NCBI GenBank assembly: GCA_965240325.2
Contig: OZ251254.1
Span: 799,843 to 863,842 of the forward strand
DNA from: Rebecca billardiae RCC1528
Lineage: Eukaryota; Protista; Haptophyta
Length of the DNA: 64,000 nucleotides
Direction of reading: 5' to 3'
The notes under the pieces were generated by a model. It saw only the letters and a list, made by a program, of their open reading frames with translations. It ran no database searches and had not been told where the DNA came from. Positions 62,565 through 64,000 of the stretch are shown here, one piece after another (the first letter of the stretch is position 1; the number at the start of each line of letters is the position of its first letter). A program made the translations under genes and the position numbers.

Positions 62565-63370
62565 GGCTCGCGCCCGGCGTCGAGCGCCTCGTCGTACGCG
62601 CGCGCGCGCTCGAGCGCCGCGTGCGCCGCGTTGGCGTCGGTGGGGAGGCAGTAGGCGCCCAGCAGCGGCACGGTGGCGTACACGGGCGCACACACGGAGG
62701 CGCACGGCGCGTCCGCGGCGGCGCAGCGGCGCAGCGCGACGGGGGCGGGCGCGCCGCAGGCGACGGCGTCGGCGTACGGGTCGGCGTGCGCGTCGGCCCC
62801 GCCCGCCGCCTCGTACTTGCGCCGCCGCCGCGCGTTCGCGCGCGCGAGGCCGGTCGCGTTGGCGGTGAGCGCGCAGCGCGGCGCCTCCGCCTCGACGCAC
62901 GCCCACGAGCGCGCGAGCCCGTCGGCGTCGAGCGCGTCGGCGTCGGCGCGCACGTCGGCGGCGGTGGGGCAGCGCGGCACGCACACGCCGATCCCGCCGG
63001 GCGCGTGCGCCGTCGCGCCCGGCGGCACGACAAAGTAGAGGAGCGGCCGCGCGCGCTGGTCGCGGCCGCCGCGCAGCACGGGCTCCTCGACCGAGGCCTC
63101 GGACCAGTCGCCGCCGCCGAGCCAGGCGGGGAGGCGCGCGCGGAGGGGCAGGTCGGCGCCCGGCGGCTTGTGCGTCACGCTCGTGCGCAGCGGCAGCCCG
63201 CGCGCCGCCACCGAGTTGTCCGCGCCGCACACGTCGTACGACACGTCGGCCGCGCGCACGAGGTCGCGCGGCTCGCCGGAGCGCAGCGCGAACTCGCACG
63301 TGTACGCGAGCAGCGTGGCCGCGCCGGCGAGGACGAGCAGGCACGGCGCGTCCGTGCAGCCGCGGCCCAT
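60174..63370 (-). CDS. Choline transporter-like protein (CTL/SLC44); introns 60913-61033 and ~60676-60828
   Basis: RGCTD, RYHLGTVAFGSLLIA, CCVACCLGCFE, HAYVQVMLGGKSF, VDALFQC. Confidence 0.9.
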
Positions 63371-63692
63371 CGGGGCGCGTGCCCGCGGCGGGGGAGAGAG
63401 CTAGCTCAAGGGGGGGCGCAGGGAGTTGGGGGGGCCGCCTTTGCTTAGCCTGCCCACCTCTTGCTCCCACACTGCAGTGGCCAGTGGGGGCTCGGGCCCC
63501 GATCCGGTGACGATGATTGATGAGGCGTCTCGAAAGGGACGCCCGTACTCAGCCTCGACCTCTGATTGGCTGCGGCGAAGACGAAGCGGCACATCCAAGG
63601 TAACCGTTCCGCCTGCCGGACCCCTCGCCCCGGACGCCAGGCTGGCCACTCGACGGGGCGCGAACGCGCACAAGCGCAGCCAACCCCGATCG

Positions 63693-64000
63693 ATGCCCAC
63701 GCGCAGCGCGACTGGCGGCGCGGCGGCGGCCGAGGGCGGCGGTGGCGGCGGCGCGGCGGCGGCGGCGGCGAACGACGGCGCCGAGCGCTCCGCCGCCGCC
63801 GCCGCCGGCTCGGCCGCCGCCGTGCCCGCCACCGACGGCGGCGGCGCGGCGGCGGACGGCGCGGACGACGACGCGGCGGCGCGCGCCGCGGCGGCCAACG
63901 CGCGCGGCGTGCCGGGCAAGCCGTACTACGGCGTGTACTGCAACCGGCGGCAGAAGGGGTCCAAGTACCGCGCCGACTGCACCGTCGGCGGCCGCAACCA
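63693..64000 (+). CDS. 5' part of probable AP2-domain DNA-binding protein (runs off window)
   Basis: Open frame from ATG 63693: ...GKPYYGVYCNRRQKGSKYRADCTVGGRN resembles the AP2 beta-sheet. Confidence 0.55.
   Translation, partial: MPTRSATGGAAAAEGGGGGGAAAAAANDGAERSAAAAAGSAAAVPATDGGGAAADGADDDAAARAAAANARGVPGKPYYGVYCNRRQKGSKYRADCTVGGRN

Noticed and set aside
42642-63470. Many long overlapping Arg/Ala/Gly-rich ORFs (e.g. 44334-48902, 50268-52685, 60833-63448)
   Set aside because: Shadow frames of real genes caused by stop-codon scarcity at very high GC.

Overview
Very GC-rich, intron-containing eukaryotic DNA. GC-AG introns, (GC)n-rich introns and the gene content suggest a microalga or protist, possibly a haptophyte (inference only). 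Bases 1-22,230 are a transposon nest dominated by about nine adjacent copies or derivatives of one unusual element, with a tenth copy at 27,720-29,245. This element has asymmetric hairpin termini (5' ATGGCGGGCCGTAGGTCCGCC...; 3' ...ACGGCCCGCCGACCCCCCCGCCCGCCAGGGCAGAGTTT) and no visible TSD. It carries a broken Ulp1/CE-clan protease plus Cys-cluster gene, and its 3' end is repeatedly joined to its own termini. Nested in or near it are a TTAT-TSD MITE, a CACTG-ended element with a cargo ORF, Harbinger-like and foldback elements, and a 64-bp hairpin/A-tail insert. From about 24 kb the window is compact genic DNA: R2R3-MYB with polyQ, CNNM/DUF21-CBS protein, a Cys-rich membrane protein, Rab6, an alpha/beta hydrolase, an FLZ-like zinc-finger protein, V-ATPase subunit F (start codon apparently split by an intron), an EF-hand/WD40 protein, a cGMP-dependent kinase, two hypothetical proteins, a PHO80-like cyclin, a CTL/SLC44 transporter and the start of an AP2-like protein. 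A Mutator-like foldback element sits at 33,353-34,465. All domain calls are by eye; no searches were run.
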